Assembly (NCBI GenBank): GCA_050084515.1
Contig: CM114271.1
Span: 41,788,001-41,852,000 of the forward strand
Direction: 5' to 3'
Length of the DNA: 64,000 nt
Source of the DNA: Blasia pusilla
Taxonomy: Eukaryota
Shown: piece after piece, positions 12,101 to 24,100 of the stretch
How the letters are laid out: each line of letters opens with the position of its first letter
How positions within the stretch are numbered: the first letter of the stretch is position 1
Made by a program: the position numbers and the translations under genes
Notes under the pieces: generated by a model
Database searches by the model: none
What the model saw: the letters and a program-made list of their open reading frames with translations, nothing else
What the model was told of the DNA's origin: nothing

Positions 12101-13085
12101 AGACCTCGGCCACTTTCTTTGCCACATCCTCCTTGCTGTGTCTCTTAATTGCATCTGTCACAGGATGAGTGTGGGAGCCAACATGAACTGCCAACCTTGT
12201 GTACTTGAACGTGGAACCCAAGTCGTGGACAATGAGAAATATGTATGCAGGACACGCTCCAACGAAGAAAGGGGATGCTTGACAATGAGGACATCGATGG
12301 CCTCCCGGCGGTATGGTGGCACCGACCTCATATGGAGTTTTTGCATTCTTGGGAGGGAATTGCGACGAATTGACCCGCCCGTTGCGCTCTAGATACATGC
12401 ATGCTGGACTTCTACACTCCAAGGCTCCAACGCATTGGCGGCGGGAGATAATCCAAGGACCATGTGGAATTAAAGCACTAGTCCGTTGAAGCCTGCACCA
12501 TCGATGATAATCAGACTTTCTGTCCATACCCTTCAAGCGTTCTCCATCTTTCTTTTGAGCAGGAGCAGCAAGTGGAGGAAAATCCAAAATGCAATTACCA
12601 TCATACGTGGGTGGCGGTTCATCGACAAGAATGTGCTTGAACATTTTCAAGGCCAGAGACGATAGCAAACTATTGCCTGATACTCGCAAGAGGAACGAGT
12701 AGGCGGATAGAGGGCTCGATTGGTGTCCAACAGATCCACTGAGGTTGACAACATCGGGAATTTCTTGAGGAAGTACAACATTGTAACTAACGTGTGAAGT
12801 TGGAGTCGATGTCGGATCTACTGAGCGAGGAGTTGCAAACGTAGAGCTCGGTGCACTAGGAAATTCTCGACCGTCTACTTGGGAAATTGAGGAATTCAGA
12901 GGCAAGCCGTAAACTCTGTATTTACCATTTGCTAGAGGTAGGAGATTCCATACTTTATGGTCTGCAATCACTGGTTGGATTGTCTCACCTATTATGTCCT
13001 CCGTACCGTCCACCCTAACATCCTTGGACACAAAGATGGTTCCAATTTGGAGAAGAAATAGAAGTGAGAGAAAATTTTCATCCAC
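9138..13085 (-). pseudogene. Mutator-like transposase (GCM-like Zn DNA-binding domain, MULE DDE core, Cys-rich region, SWIM finger); frameshifted; probably spliced
   Basis: ORF 11856-13085 WCRLQRT..RRQCVGALECRSPAC..CPHC..CPA..HVGSHTHP; ORF 11118-11828 WLSFDICYRV..GFMADNAQ..DAFHWQQS; ORF 9138-9497 PTCSCDDF..YKHMNYVLLVVL (SWIM; CKH intact in the 25157-26026 copy); GTGAGT donor at ~11169. Confidence 0.8.
10750..11075. repeat. Array of 29-bp palindromes in a predicted transposase intron
   Basis: About 7 degenerate copies of TGCAACCCGTCGGA-N-TCCGACGGGTTGCA with a repeated linker agtaaatttggcc.tgcgact. Confidence 0.85.
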
Positions 13086-13123
13086 TGGTATGAAAGACTC
13101 ACGAGCTTGCGGTCGAACAATTT

Positions 13124-13348
13124 TTATTGAGGAAGGGCCGCTAGATTCTTCAATAATAACACATGGAAAGTCGGGTGAATCTTGAACTCGTTTGGCAGCT
13201 CCAATGTGTACACATCCTCAAACGGCTTTGCCTTGATCACATACGGTCCGACATACTTGGCTAACAATTTTGCAGAAAATTCCTTCGGAAGAGTGAGATT
13301 CTTTACACTCAACCACACTTGTTGATGACTGCCACAAGTGAGCTTCAA
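13124..13348 (-). pseudogene. Gypsy integrase C-terminal GPY/F fragment
   Basis: VWLSVKNL..KLLAKYVGPYVI..VYTLELPNEFKIHPTFHVLLLK. Confidence 0.85.
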
Positions 13349-13610
13349 ATAATTATCCTATCCTAGAAGATTCCACCGGGAGGAGACTGAGAATATGAAT
13401 GAGGATAAGAATAGGAATGGGTACGAGAATGAGAATGAGAATGTTCAATTTATAGTGAATAGGGACTCACATTCTCCTAACAGAATTTGATTGACAAGAT
13501 GAAGTTTGGTAGGTGAAATTGTCTGACATGATGGATTCAATTGTGTTGCAACCTGTAGAAGTCCGATGGGTTGCAGAATTTGGGAATCATAGACGTGGGT
13601 TGCGAAGCAT

Positions 13611-14850
13611 TGTGATACCCACAATTTTGTACTTTTGAAGAATTACATCTTTTTATTCAAATAAGACTTGTATATACATTATGATTTTGATATTATGGTT
13701 GCGTAGTAGAAAAATGAGTGAGATTGAAGTGAATCACGAAGCTCCAAGGACAAGGCAGAGAGATAGAAAATCAAGTATTTTCCTGGGAGGAGAGGAGAAT
13801 AAAATAACGAAGTCTAAAGACCCAGCAAGAAGCTTCGAAAAGACAACGAAGCTCTGTTAAGAACTTGTCTATGAAGTGCTTTGCTCCTGAACGAAGCATG
13901 AAGAAGAAGAAGAAGAAGAGAAAGAAGTCCTTCGCTCTTGAACAAAGCACGAAGAACCAAGCAGCTGGAACAAGAACAAAGAATTGAGCGCTTCGTCTTC
14001 AAATCAGGAGAAAGAGCTTCGCTCTCAAGCGGAGCAAAAGAGGTCCTGACTTAGCAGCGAAGCGAAGCTAAGATTGACAAGGATTTTAAGCGACACATAG
14101 TTAGAACAATTATAATAGGAAAAGTCGCAACTCTTTGTATTAGATAGATAGTTAAGACAATTTTATTCTGCGGATTCATAGGGATCTTAGGAAAAGAGAA
14201 GAGCACCATAGATCTAGGTAGTTACAAATGTTGAAGAGACACCAGCTTCATAAAAAAATGCTTCGAATCTTTGGAACACTCCTACTTCAGAGAGTATTTA
14301 AGAAACATGAAAGTAGTTATCATCATCATTCTCTTACGAAGTCCTCATGCTCGCAGAATGGTCCGAGCAAGGGAGTAGTAAAGCACTCATTTCTTCATTC
14401 TGATGTGTGATGCTTATGTTTGAGTTTTCTTTTTGGGTCTGCACAGTGAAGAGTGAATCAGACGAACTTTTCTCATCAATGGAATAATCAATATGGAGTT
14501 GTAGGAAATCTGTTTGACAGAGAGTAGCCTGCCGAGACGGATTGAGTTCCGATAGTAGGAGAAGCCAACTTTCTTATTGAGATCTCTGTGAGGTTTCTTG
14601 ATATCGAGAGGAAATCTACCTGAGCGTGATGTCGACTCCACTAGAGAGAATTAAGAAAAGAAACCTTGGTACTAAGAAAGATCCAAAGATATTGATAAGA
14701 CATTGAATCTAAATCATACACACTTAAATACACTTATTACAAGAGAATTGTAATTTTGAACTCTCTTTCCACCAAACAATGATCCTCTTGGGGATCGAAC
14801 TCATTCAATTACTGTAAGATGATCAATTATGTTACTCATTATACATTACA
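13611..14850. mobile_element. Probable solo LTR inserted in the MULE
   Basis: TG(tgtgatacc)...(cattac)CA boundaries, non-coding, lacks the palindrome; no TSD recognised. Confidence 0.4.
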
Positions 14851-15376
14851 TATTAGGGATAAAACGTTTTGGCACTACTGTCGGGGATCATAAGCTTTGC
14901 TGGAGAGGGAGAGAGACACATGGGGAACCCAAGAGTGGGGAAAGAAGCCTCGTCTCCTAGAAGACCCAACCATCTAGTTCTTATTGAAGACCATCTGCTA
15001 TCTCTAGCTATCCCCCTAAGACAATGGATGAAAGAAGATAAGAATCGGTTTGCTGCATTTGTGCTAGAAAAGATATAACAACTAATTAGTATTGTCAAAG
15101 AACCAGTCGTTGAACGATGCTTCGCCCATGAACGTCAGTTGTACTTGGTGATGACCCGGTACTTCTGTCTATGGGAGGAAAACCTGGCACGTAAATTAAG
15201 AGCACCTACACACTCCTATAGGCTTTAGGAATTAGGAATTTGTCCCTACAATGTGCAATTCTTTGGGGACGAATTGCACATTGTGTCACGAATTGCACAT
15301 GGTGACACAATGTGCAATTCTTCCCCAAAGAACTTCGCTTAACCCCATAGAACTTAGTTATAGTCCTAACATTGGA

Positions 15377-15700
15377 GCAACCTGTTGGAGTCGGACGGGT
15401 TGTTTTACAAGTGTTAGTGATTTTTTTTGCCATGAGTAGCCCGTCGGAAGACGACAAGTTGCTGGATTAGAGCTGCCCATGGTTGGCTAAGAGCAACCCG
15501 TCACTTTCAGACGGGTTGCATCATTCCAGAAACACAAGGAAAAGCATAAGCACTTACAACCCGTTGGGTTCCGACGGGTTGGATTCACTCAATGGAGACT
15601 TGCGATTAATTTGCAACCCGTCGCTTTCAGACGGATTGCACCACCAAAGTCTCCAGCTTAGACAATCCAACGGGTTGCATGCAGAGATGCAACCCGTCAG
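15377..15700. repeat. 29-bp palindrome array downstream (minus strand) of a GTAAG splice donor
   Basis: About 7 degenerate gcaacccgtcgg..ccgacgggttgc copies; minus-strand cag|gtaagg at ~15737. Confidence 0.8.
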
Positions 15701-15736
15701 AGCAAGACAATTTGGATATGGATTTAGAGCCCTTAC

Positions 15737-18700
15737 CTGAATTTGACTCGTTGGCGATCGGAGTGGCTACTCGTTCTTGATGACCCACGATTGCGTCGTC
15801 CTCCACTTCAGCGACCTCTTGACGCACTGCAAGTTGAAGAGCTCGTCCTTGCTCCCTCCAGTGAAGACCAAGAAACAGCCTTGTCATTGAGATAAGCGTC
15901 TGCAAAGAAAAACAGGAGGGCAATCTGGACATAAGAAAGAGGGACATTCCAGTCTGTGACATCCTCAGACGGATTCTCGTCCCACAAGCGCAACCCCGAG
16001 GGAAAATCAGCGATGAGGAGATCCACCGCCTTCTCGAGCGTGCCCGTTTCATTGAAGCTTCCGTCCCAGCATTTTCAATTTGTCGATGGCGGGTGTCGAC
16101 GCTTGGGAACTGAAACTTTGCAGCTCATCCAGAAGATTTGTGCAATGAATGATGACGCTTGTCCGGGTCGTTGTTTCTCTATGTCTTCCCAAGGATGATG
16201 GAGTGTATACCACATCCTGGTCTACTCCCTAGGATAAACCTGGCGCCTCTCGCTTCCGCTTCTCATGAGTTTGCGGTCGGCTTGTTGGGGTCTCTATTAT
16301 CTCAGACTCATGTGGAGTTTTTTGGCGGAGGACTTGGTCCGACCCTCTCTCCCCGCTCGCCCGGACGATTCCGCCCCTCGCCTTGAATTCTCACCCTCTT
16401 TTAGGGAAGACTCGGCCTCAGAATTCATCGATCCCCTCGCCTTGGCTTTGAGACCCGTTGTAGATTTGTCCTTGGCGGTGACGACCATGGACACCAACTC
16501 TATTGTCTCCAAGGCTTCAAAAAATTCTCCTTCGAAAAAGTCTTTAGGGTGCACAAAATTCAGGATGTCGTTCCTACCTGCAGCCACTCCATCATACATC
16601 CATCAAAGATTGTCATCTGTGATGTCCTCGCGGTTGTTAAAGTCCTGCCATATGGGGCAATTCTCCACCTCCCAGTCGGACATGCTTTGAGCCATCTCCA
16701 TGTCGTACATGGAAAATATCTCTCCATCAGGCGGAGAGGCGCATAATTTGCAGGCTGTCGGTATTTTTTGCCACGTACCTGCATTCTTACAATGGATTAG
16801 GTACATGAACACCATGCATTGGGCAGCTCTTAGTCGAGATGCATCGGTCGTCTGCTCCTGAAGATCTCACTTTTTCTTTGCAAAATCCCATTTCTTCACC
16901 TCTATTTCTTCATCAAGGTCTGCCTGAGGGAGGATGTGATTCTTGAACATCGTCCTGAAGCCTGGGTTTTTTATGGGCTTGTCCCATATTTCATCTAGCC
17001 AAAGTTTGAAATCTTGAGCACTCTCCAGGTTTGCTTCCTCTGCAACTTGCTGTATTTTTTTCAGCTCTGCTTGGAGACCCACGAGCATGGACTTCCCGAG
17101 AAGCCGCAACGCGTCCCAGAATGACCATTCACAGAGCCAGTTGGAGATCACTAGATCATAGACACCCGGAGGATGGTGCGCCGCCCTCTTTTGGGCCTCT
17201 GCTCCCTCGAGATTGATTTTCATCACTCAAATTCTTCTAAATTCTGAAATCCGAGACAAGACAAATCTATGGACTTGGTCGAGAAACACTTTCTTCCCAA
17301 TCCGGCCTTGCGGATCTTCATCCCTCTTCCGCTGGCGCTTGATTATCGCCTTCAGCTCCTTGTATAAATCACGGCCAAGTTCGGGGTTGAGAATGGCGAT
17401 GTTGCGTTGCATCTTGCTTGCAGTGTACTTCGTAGGCTGCAGATACTACAACTTGGATGAACTTAGCACGCTCGGACACAGACACGTTCTCCCTCCGCTC
17501 CAACTCCAATGAAGCGCTCTTCTTGGCGGCGTGTATCTTCGACCAGCAAAGGATTGTCACAGTTGCATCTTGGGAAATAAATGTATTTGCCCAAGTCTTT
17601 TTTTTTTATTTGAGACCGCTCCGCCAGCATCTCATTTACAAGGGCCTCGCCCAAGAACCCCTTGTACTCTGTTGCGTGCGTCGTTAGCACTTTCTTCACC
17701 TGATCGCAATCCTGGATCCAGTGGTCGGTGACATTCCCTTCGGATACAATCTTGCACATCCAAACACAATATAAGAATTTTTGCAAGCTACATGGGTTCC
17801 TGCAACCCATCGGACTCCGACAAGTCGCCACACCTCATGGTCGGAATGGTAGCTACGAGCTAAATATTGCAACCCATCGGAGTCCGACGTATTGCATTTA
17901 GATTTGTGATTGCGTGGTTACAACCCGTCGGACTCCGATGGGTTGTCAAATAATTTGTATTTAGAGAGTGGTCTCCACTGAAAAAGTGAACTTATCAACC
18001 CGTCGGAGTCCGACAGGTTGCGCAATTTCAAGTAAAGCTGCAATTTGACGCCAAAAATCAAACTCCCCTACTCCGATCACTACCCGTGCCAGCGAATGCA
18101 ACCCGTCGGAGTCCGACGAGTTGCTTTCGGCCAAAAACATCCTAAAAATAGCGGGCAGTCAAGCAACTCGTCGAACTCCGACGAGTGGCTTTTGGCCAAA
18201 AACATCCTAAAAACAGCGGTCAGTTAAGAAACTCGTTGTACTCCGACAAGTTGCTTTCGGCCAAAAACATCCTAAAAATAGCGGCCAGTCAAGCAACTTG
18301 TCGGACTACGACAAGTTGTTTTCGGCCAAAAACATCCTTAAAATAGCGGCCCATCAAGCAACTCGTCGGACTTCGACGAGTTGCTTAAGGCATCGGATGT
18401 TTTGTAACCACTAGTTAAACAACTCGTCGGAGTCCGACACTTTGCAACAATCAAAATAAAGGAAGAGGAAACTTACCTGTTCATGGCATGCATGGCCATC
18501 TCCACCGTCGCCATGTGATGAGGGTATGGATGTAGCACGACTGCCTTCACGCAGAAATGTGCCTCCAATGAGTTTTGGCGCTCCTCTGCAAATTGGGTCC
18601 ACGCCATAAACATGTGGTTTCCATCCCAGATGAAGAAATAGAAGTTCCGCATCCAGCTAAATTCCGTCCCCTCAATCGCCCTTGTGAATTCCTGATCTCT

Positions 18701-19667
18701 CATCCTCCAGAATGTGTTGAGCGCTTCCAAGTCTTCCTCCGTCACCAACGCTTGGCTTTCATAGAACATATAATTGTAAGGCTGAACATAGAACGGAGGG
18801 AAGCTGTCGCTGCCGATTGTTTCAGCTTCACAATATCCTCGTCAGACTAAATTTTTCGGACGTACTCCATTGTTCGCAATCAGAAAAGTGGAATTCTCAT
18901 GGCGTTTTGGCCCTACATCAGTGCCATCTACTGTACCACCTATCACAATGGGGACAAGGTCAATAAACTACACTGAATTGCCAATGAATTGCAACATGGG
19001 CCTTCACATAACTCAAAGAACAAAGATTGTATCTTACCCGCTTGAAGATTGGGTCCGTGTCTCTGCCCGCCAATTGCTCTGGGAGAGCAGCTAGCAAGTC
19101 CATTGGAAACGCGTCGATCAGATAGAGGTCGATTTCTTCCGCCGGGCTAAGAGACGAGGAAGACCGCTCTCCTGCTTCTTCAGAGATGTCCACCATCTCC
19201 ACGTTGGCGGTCCTCATGACCTCATCGTCCGTCACTTGAACTTCGCTCGTTTCCTCAGTTGATTTTATATTGATTGTGTCCACGGACTTCATCGAAGACA
19301 TTTCCCGAATCGCAACACTTTCCGTTGGATGGGCCGGGATTTCTTCAATGGAAATCACTTTTTCCCTTCGAGCCTTTGCCAATTTTGCTCTCCCCACCGA
19401 CGCGTCCAGACGCTTCGTTTCACGCTTCTCCTCTCCGATTCCTTTCTTCAAGGCCTACGACGCCTCAGCCTCTGCGTTTTGTTTCTCAAGCGCCTCCTTA
19501 ACACGTTTTGCAAGAAGCTCTTGCATGTGCATCTCCGCTTCCCTTTCGCACTCCATAATCTCTTGCTTCCTTATCTCATTGGCCGAACGAGTCCTGGACT
19601 TGGGAGTGAAGCTCCCAGCCTGGCTTGCTTGAGTTTTTTTCCTCGTCGTTATTCCCAAAAATGCCAC
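15737..19667 (-). pseudogene. Transposon cargo gene, copy 1: charged N-terminus, ParB/Srx-like domain, helical region, amino-DNA-methyltransferase-like domain
   Basis: ParB-like: RIPL..LRTMEYVRKI..DEDIVKLKQS...FFIWDGNHMFMAW...AMHAMN, then a GTAAGT donor at ~18477; C-terminal VDLLIADFPSG..WN..FFFADAYLNDK(G)CFLVF..WVIKN at ~15760-16030; fragmented by stops and frameshifts. Confidence 0.6.
17800..18447. repeat. Palindrome array, including a ~65-bp tandem unit (18097-18447), in the predicted cargo-gene intron
   Basis: Unit gcaactcgtcggactccgacgagttgct-ttcggccaaaaacatcctaaaaatagcggccagtcaa occurs about 5 times. Confidence 0.88.
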
Positions 19668-19698
19668 CTCCTCAACAATGAAATTACTTTTTGTGCAC

Positions 19699-19811
19699 GA
19701 TGAGTCGCCTTGATGAGTCGCTCGGATGAGTCGCCTCGATGAGTTGCCTTGATGAGTCGCCTCTATGAGTCAACTTGATGAGTCGCTCGAATCATCTCGC
19801 GATGAGTCTCC
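19699..19811. repeat. 13-bp tandem repeat GATGAGTCGCCTY (about 8-9 copies)
   Basis: gatgagtcgcctt gatgagtcgctcg gatgagtcgcctc gatgagttgcctt gatgagtcgcctc tatgagtcaactt gatgagtcgctcg. Confidence 0.9.
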
Positions 19812-19824
19812 GTGTAAAGTGCCC

Positions 19825-21150
19825 CTTGGATACTTGGTTATAACCCGAGTATCCATCCAAAAAGGTATAACACTCGTGGCCGGCGACTTTGTCCAAAATA
19901 TTGTCAGTGAAAGGTAGGGGGTGATGGTCCTTTAAGGTGGCCGAATTTAATTTCCGATAATCCTGGCATACTTTGATTTTTCCCGTTTGTTTTTTTGGTA
20001 CAATTACAATGGGCGACACCCACTCGCTACTTAACACAGGATAAATTATTCCTGCTTCGAGACGGTGGTCGATTTCGTCCTTGACTAACAATGAGTACTT
20101 CAGGTTGAGGCGATACTGCCTCATCCTTATCGGGACGGCACCTTCTTTTAGATCAATCTGGTGTTCACCATACCGTGTTGGAATGCCTATCATTTCATCC
20201 ATGGAGTAGGCAAACACATCCAAATACTCAAACAATAAGTTTTTATACTTAATGAGTTCGGCTGGAGACAAATCCGCCGAGAGGCGTGGAGACTTCTAAT
20301 CTCTAATTAAGACCTGCACGTAGTCTTTTTATTGAACCATATTTTCTGTGAACTAGAATGTGCTATGACCGAGCTTCTCTTCCTCCCGGGTCAACCTCTA
20401 TTTGCTAGGTACAGACTCTTTCTCTATTTCGTAGCATTCTAAATAGTACACATTAGACGAGGACTCAATAGCTGTAGTCCGCTCTTGATCTAACGTATAG
20501 CCTTCATCGGTCAGTGGCGTTTGCCTGGAATGTGAACCGTCTCCTTTTCCACTCCGTAGTCACTCTCCCAGTGTAAAGCCAGGGTCTTCCAATAAGCAAA
20601 GGATAGCCAGTGGCCATTAAGGGCTGCAACACTAAGTAGTCCAACAGAAATAGCACTCTGCCGAGCATGGTCGGGATCTGAGTGAGTTGTCCGAGGGGTC
20701 ACTTCTGAGACCGGTATGCGAACCGCAGATACTTTTTGGTTGGATCGTACTTTGTGTATCCCAGTGCCCGCGCCGTCTGTTCCGTCATAATGTTAATTCC
20801 ACTTCCCGAGTCAATGGGGACCTTCTTAATGGTGTGTCGCTCAATCTCAACTTCTACCTCTGGGGCTCCATAATCTTCCACTTCGATACGAAACAGATCC
20901 ACTAATGGTACACTCTTTGCATACTTCTTGGGTTTTCTACGGCTTATCTTCCACTGCTGCAGAATTTTACCGTACATAGGGTTATCCATTAATAATTGCA
21001 ACAGGGTTTTACTTTCCGGTGTTGACGCCAAGTCCCTGAGTAAGTCGTAGGCTTCCAAGACCAGAGGTGACGTCACGATGGCTTGTACTGCTGGAGCATG
21101 CACCTCATCGACAAGATGAGTCAAGATAATAAGGACATTTGTCTTGGTGA
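19825..21150 (-). pseudogene. Gypsy protease plus N-terminal RT fragment
   Basis: VPIDSGSGINIM (aspartic protease); SEWVSPIVIVPKK..VCQDYRKLN..DHHPLPFTDNILDKVAGHECYTFLDGYSGYNQV. Confidence 0.9.
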
Positions 21151-21151
21151 T

Positions 21152-24100
21152 GGTTTCCCTATGCTTGCCCAAGGATGAGGGAGTGTATTGCACATCCTTA
21201 TCTCCTCCCTCGGACGAACGAGGAGCCTCCCGCTTTTGCTTCTCTCGAGTCTACTATCGGCTTGTTGGAGTCTCCGTTACCTCAAACTCCACAAGAGTTT
21301 TCTTGGACAAGGACCTGGTCCGGCCCTCTTGCCCCACTCGCCCGGACGATTCCGCCTCTTGCCTTGAGGACTCAGCCTCTTTTCTCGAAGAGTCGGCCTC
21401 AGAATTCCTCGATCCCCTCGCCTTGGCTCAAACCCTCTGTGGATTTGTCTTTGGCGGTGACGACCTTTGCCACCAACTCCGCTATCTCGAGGGCTTGCTC
21501 CTCCACATCTCCTTCGAAAAAATCATCAGGCTTCACGAAGTTCGGAATGTCTTCCCTACCTCCGACCACTGCATCATAGACCACGCGTAGATTTTTGTCT
21601 GTAATGTCCTCTCGGTTGTTGAAGTCCAACCAGATTGGAAAATTGATTACCTCCCACTCGGACATGCCCTGTCCCATCTCCATGTCATACATGGAGAATC
21701 CCTCTCCATCAGGCGGAGAAGCCCACAATTTGCAGGCTGCCAGAAATTTTTTCCAGGTACATACATTCATACAATTAATGAGGTACATGTACACCATCCG
21801 TTGGGCAGCTCTTTGTCGAGATAACTCGGCCTCCTGGTCCTGAAGATCCCGCTTCTTCTTTGCAAAATCCCATTTTCTGGCGTCTATTTCCTCATCCATG
21901 TCTGCCTGAGGGAGGATGTGATTCTTGAATATCATTCTGAATCCTGGGTTTTTCGTCGGTTTATCTCGGATGTCATCAAGCCATAGTTCAAAATCTTCTG
22001 CAGCCTCTAGGTTTGCTCAATCTTCTTCAACTCCGCTTGTAGATCCACAATCATGGACTTCCCGAGAAGGCGCAACGCGTCCCAAAAGGACCATTTCCGT
22101 AGCCAATGGGAGATCATTGGATGTGAAACTCCCGGAGGGTGGTGTGCCACTCGCTTTTGGGCCTCAGTGCCCTCAAGACTGATTTTCATCAATCCGATTC
22201 GCCTAAACTCGGATATCCTAGAGAGCGCAAACCTATGCACGCGGTCCACAGACACTTTCTCTCCGATCCAACCTTGTGGATCTTCATCTCTCTTCCGCTG
22301 GCACTTGATGATGCCTTGAGCTCCTTGTAAAACTCCGGGCCAAGTTCGAGGTTGAGGATTGGAATGTAACGTTGCATCTTGCTTGCAGTGTACTTTGTAG
22401 CTCTAGATACGGCAGCCTGAATAAACTTTGCGCGTTCTCCCTTTGCTCCAGTTCCAACGTAGCACTCTTCTTGGCGGCCTAGATCTTGGACCAACATAGG
22501 ATTGTGACGGCTGCATCTTGGGAAATTAAGGTATTTTCCCAGGTCTTCTTTCTTATTTGAGCTCCCTTCTCTAGCATCTCATTTACTAGATCGTCACTCA
22601 GGAATCCCTTGTACTCTGCCGTGTACGTCGTAAGCACCTTCTTGATCCTGTCGCAATCATGGATCTAGTGGTAGGTGGCATTCCCCTTGGATACAATCTT
22701 GCAAATCCAAACACAAGGTAAGAATACTGCAACCTATTAGGTTCCTGCAACCCGTCGGACTCGTACAGGTAGCAATTCTGTCAACCCATCGGGGTCCAAA
22801 TGGTAGCACAGAGATAAGTGTTGCAACCCTTTGGACTCCAACGGATCGCAATTCTGTCAAACTATCGGGGTCCCAATCGTAATACAGAGATAAATGTTGC
22901 AACATGTTGGAGTCTGATGGGTCGCAACACTTATCTTTGTGTTAAACTTATTGCAACACTCTTGAATTTTTTTAAGAGAATTGGAGCCCATCAGAGTCCG
23001 ACGGGCTGCACTCTTTGTTCATGACTCTCTGGTCCAACTGATCGGTTCCTCTTATTCCTTGGTTCCAACCCGTCGGAATCCGACGGGTTGTAGAATGACT
23101 TCCATTCGGAGATAAGTTTTCGGATAAAAATTGCCCATATCAACCCATCGGAGTCCGATGGGTTGCGCAATGGCCCTGTGTAGCTGGAATTGATGCCTAA
23201 AAGCAAGTTGTGAGACTCATACCACGTACCCTGGGGGGAAAATGCAACCCGTCGGAGTCCGACGAGTTGCTTTTGGCCAAAAGTATCCAAAAAATAGCGG
23301 ACAGTCCAACAACTCGTCGGACTCCGACGAGTTGCTTTTAAGCGTCCGATGATTTTTTATCCCTCATTGTGCAACTCGTTGGACTCCAACGGATTGAAGA
23401 AAAAATAAATCATGCAGTCATTTTTCCATCCGTCGATGTTCGATTGGTTTCAGTATGCCGGATTAATCCGGTGTGCTTGGCCACCAGGAAACCCGTTGGA
23501 CTACGACAGTTTGCTTGAATATAACCTTGACCATTAATAGGATGGTGGTAAGAGACTCAAATCATTCCTGCCCAGATTTAAGCTTTCCAATGATTCAACC
23601 CGTTGGACTCCGACGGGTTGAAGCAATCAAACTTAAGGATGAGGAAACTTACATATTCATCGCATGCATTGCCATTCCCACCGTTGCCATGTGATGAGGA
23701 AATGGATGGAGCACGAATGCCTTCACCCAAAAATGCGCCTCCAATGAATTTGGCCGGTCCTCTGAAAACTGCGTCCGCGCCATGTACATGTGGATCCCAT
23801 CCCAGATGAAGAAGTAGAGGTTCCGCATCCATCTAAATTGGGTTCCTTCAATCGCTCTTCTGAACTCCTGATCTCTCATCCTCCAGAATGTATCCAACGC
23901 CTCCAAGTTCTCTTACGTCACCAGCGCTTGGGTTCCATGTTCATTGTAAGGGTGAACATAGAACGGAGGGAAGCTGTCGACGTAGAATGAAGTCGTTGTT
24001 GACTGTTTGAGCTTTGAAATGTCCTCCTCCGACTGAATTTCGCGGACATACTCCATTGTCCGCAATCGACAGAGTGGAATTCTTGGGGCCTTTTGGCCAT

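Noticed and set aside
16159-17731. Numerous plus-strand ORFs opposite the cargo gene (also 21144-22330)
   Set aside because: Antisense shadows of the minus-strand coding sequence with no independent motifs.
17800-18447. CRISPR-like look: ~29-bp palindromic repeats at regular ~65-bp spacing (also 10750-11075 and 15377-15700)
   Set aside because: The intervening sequences are near-identical or repeated rather than unique spacers, no cas genes are present, and the context is a eukaryotic transposon.
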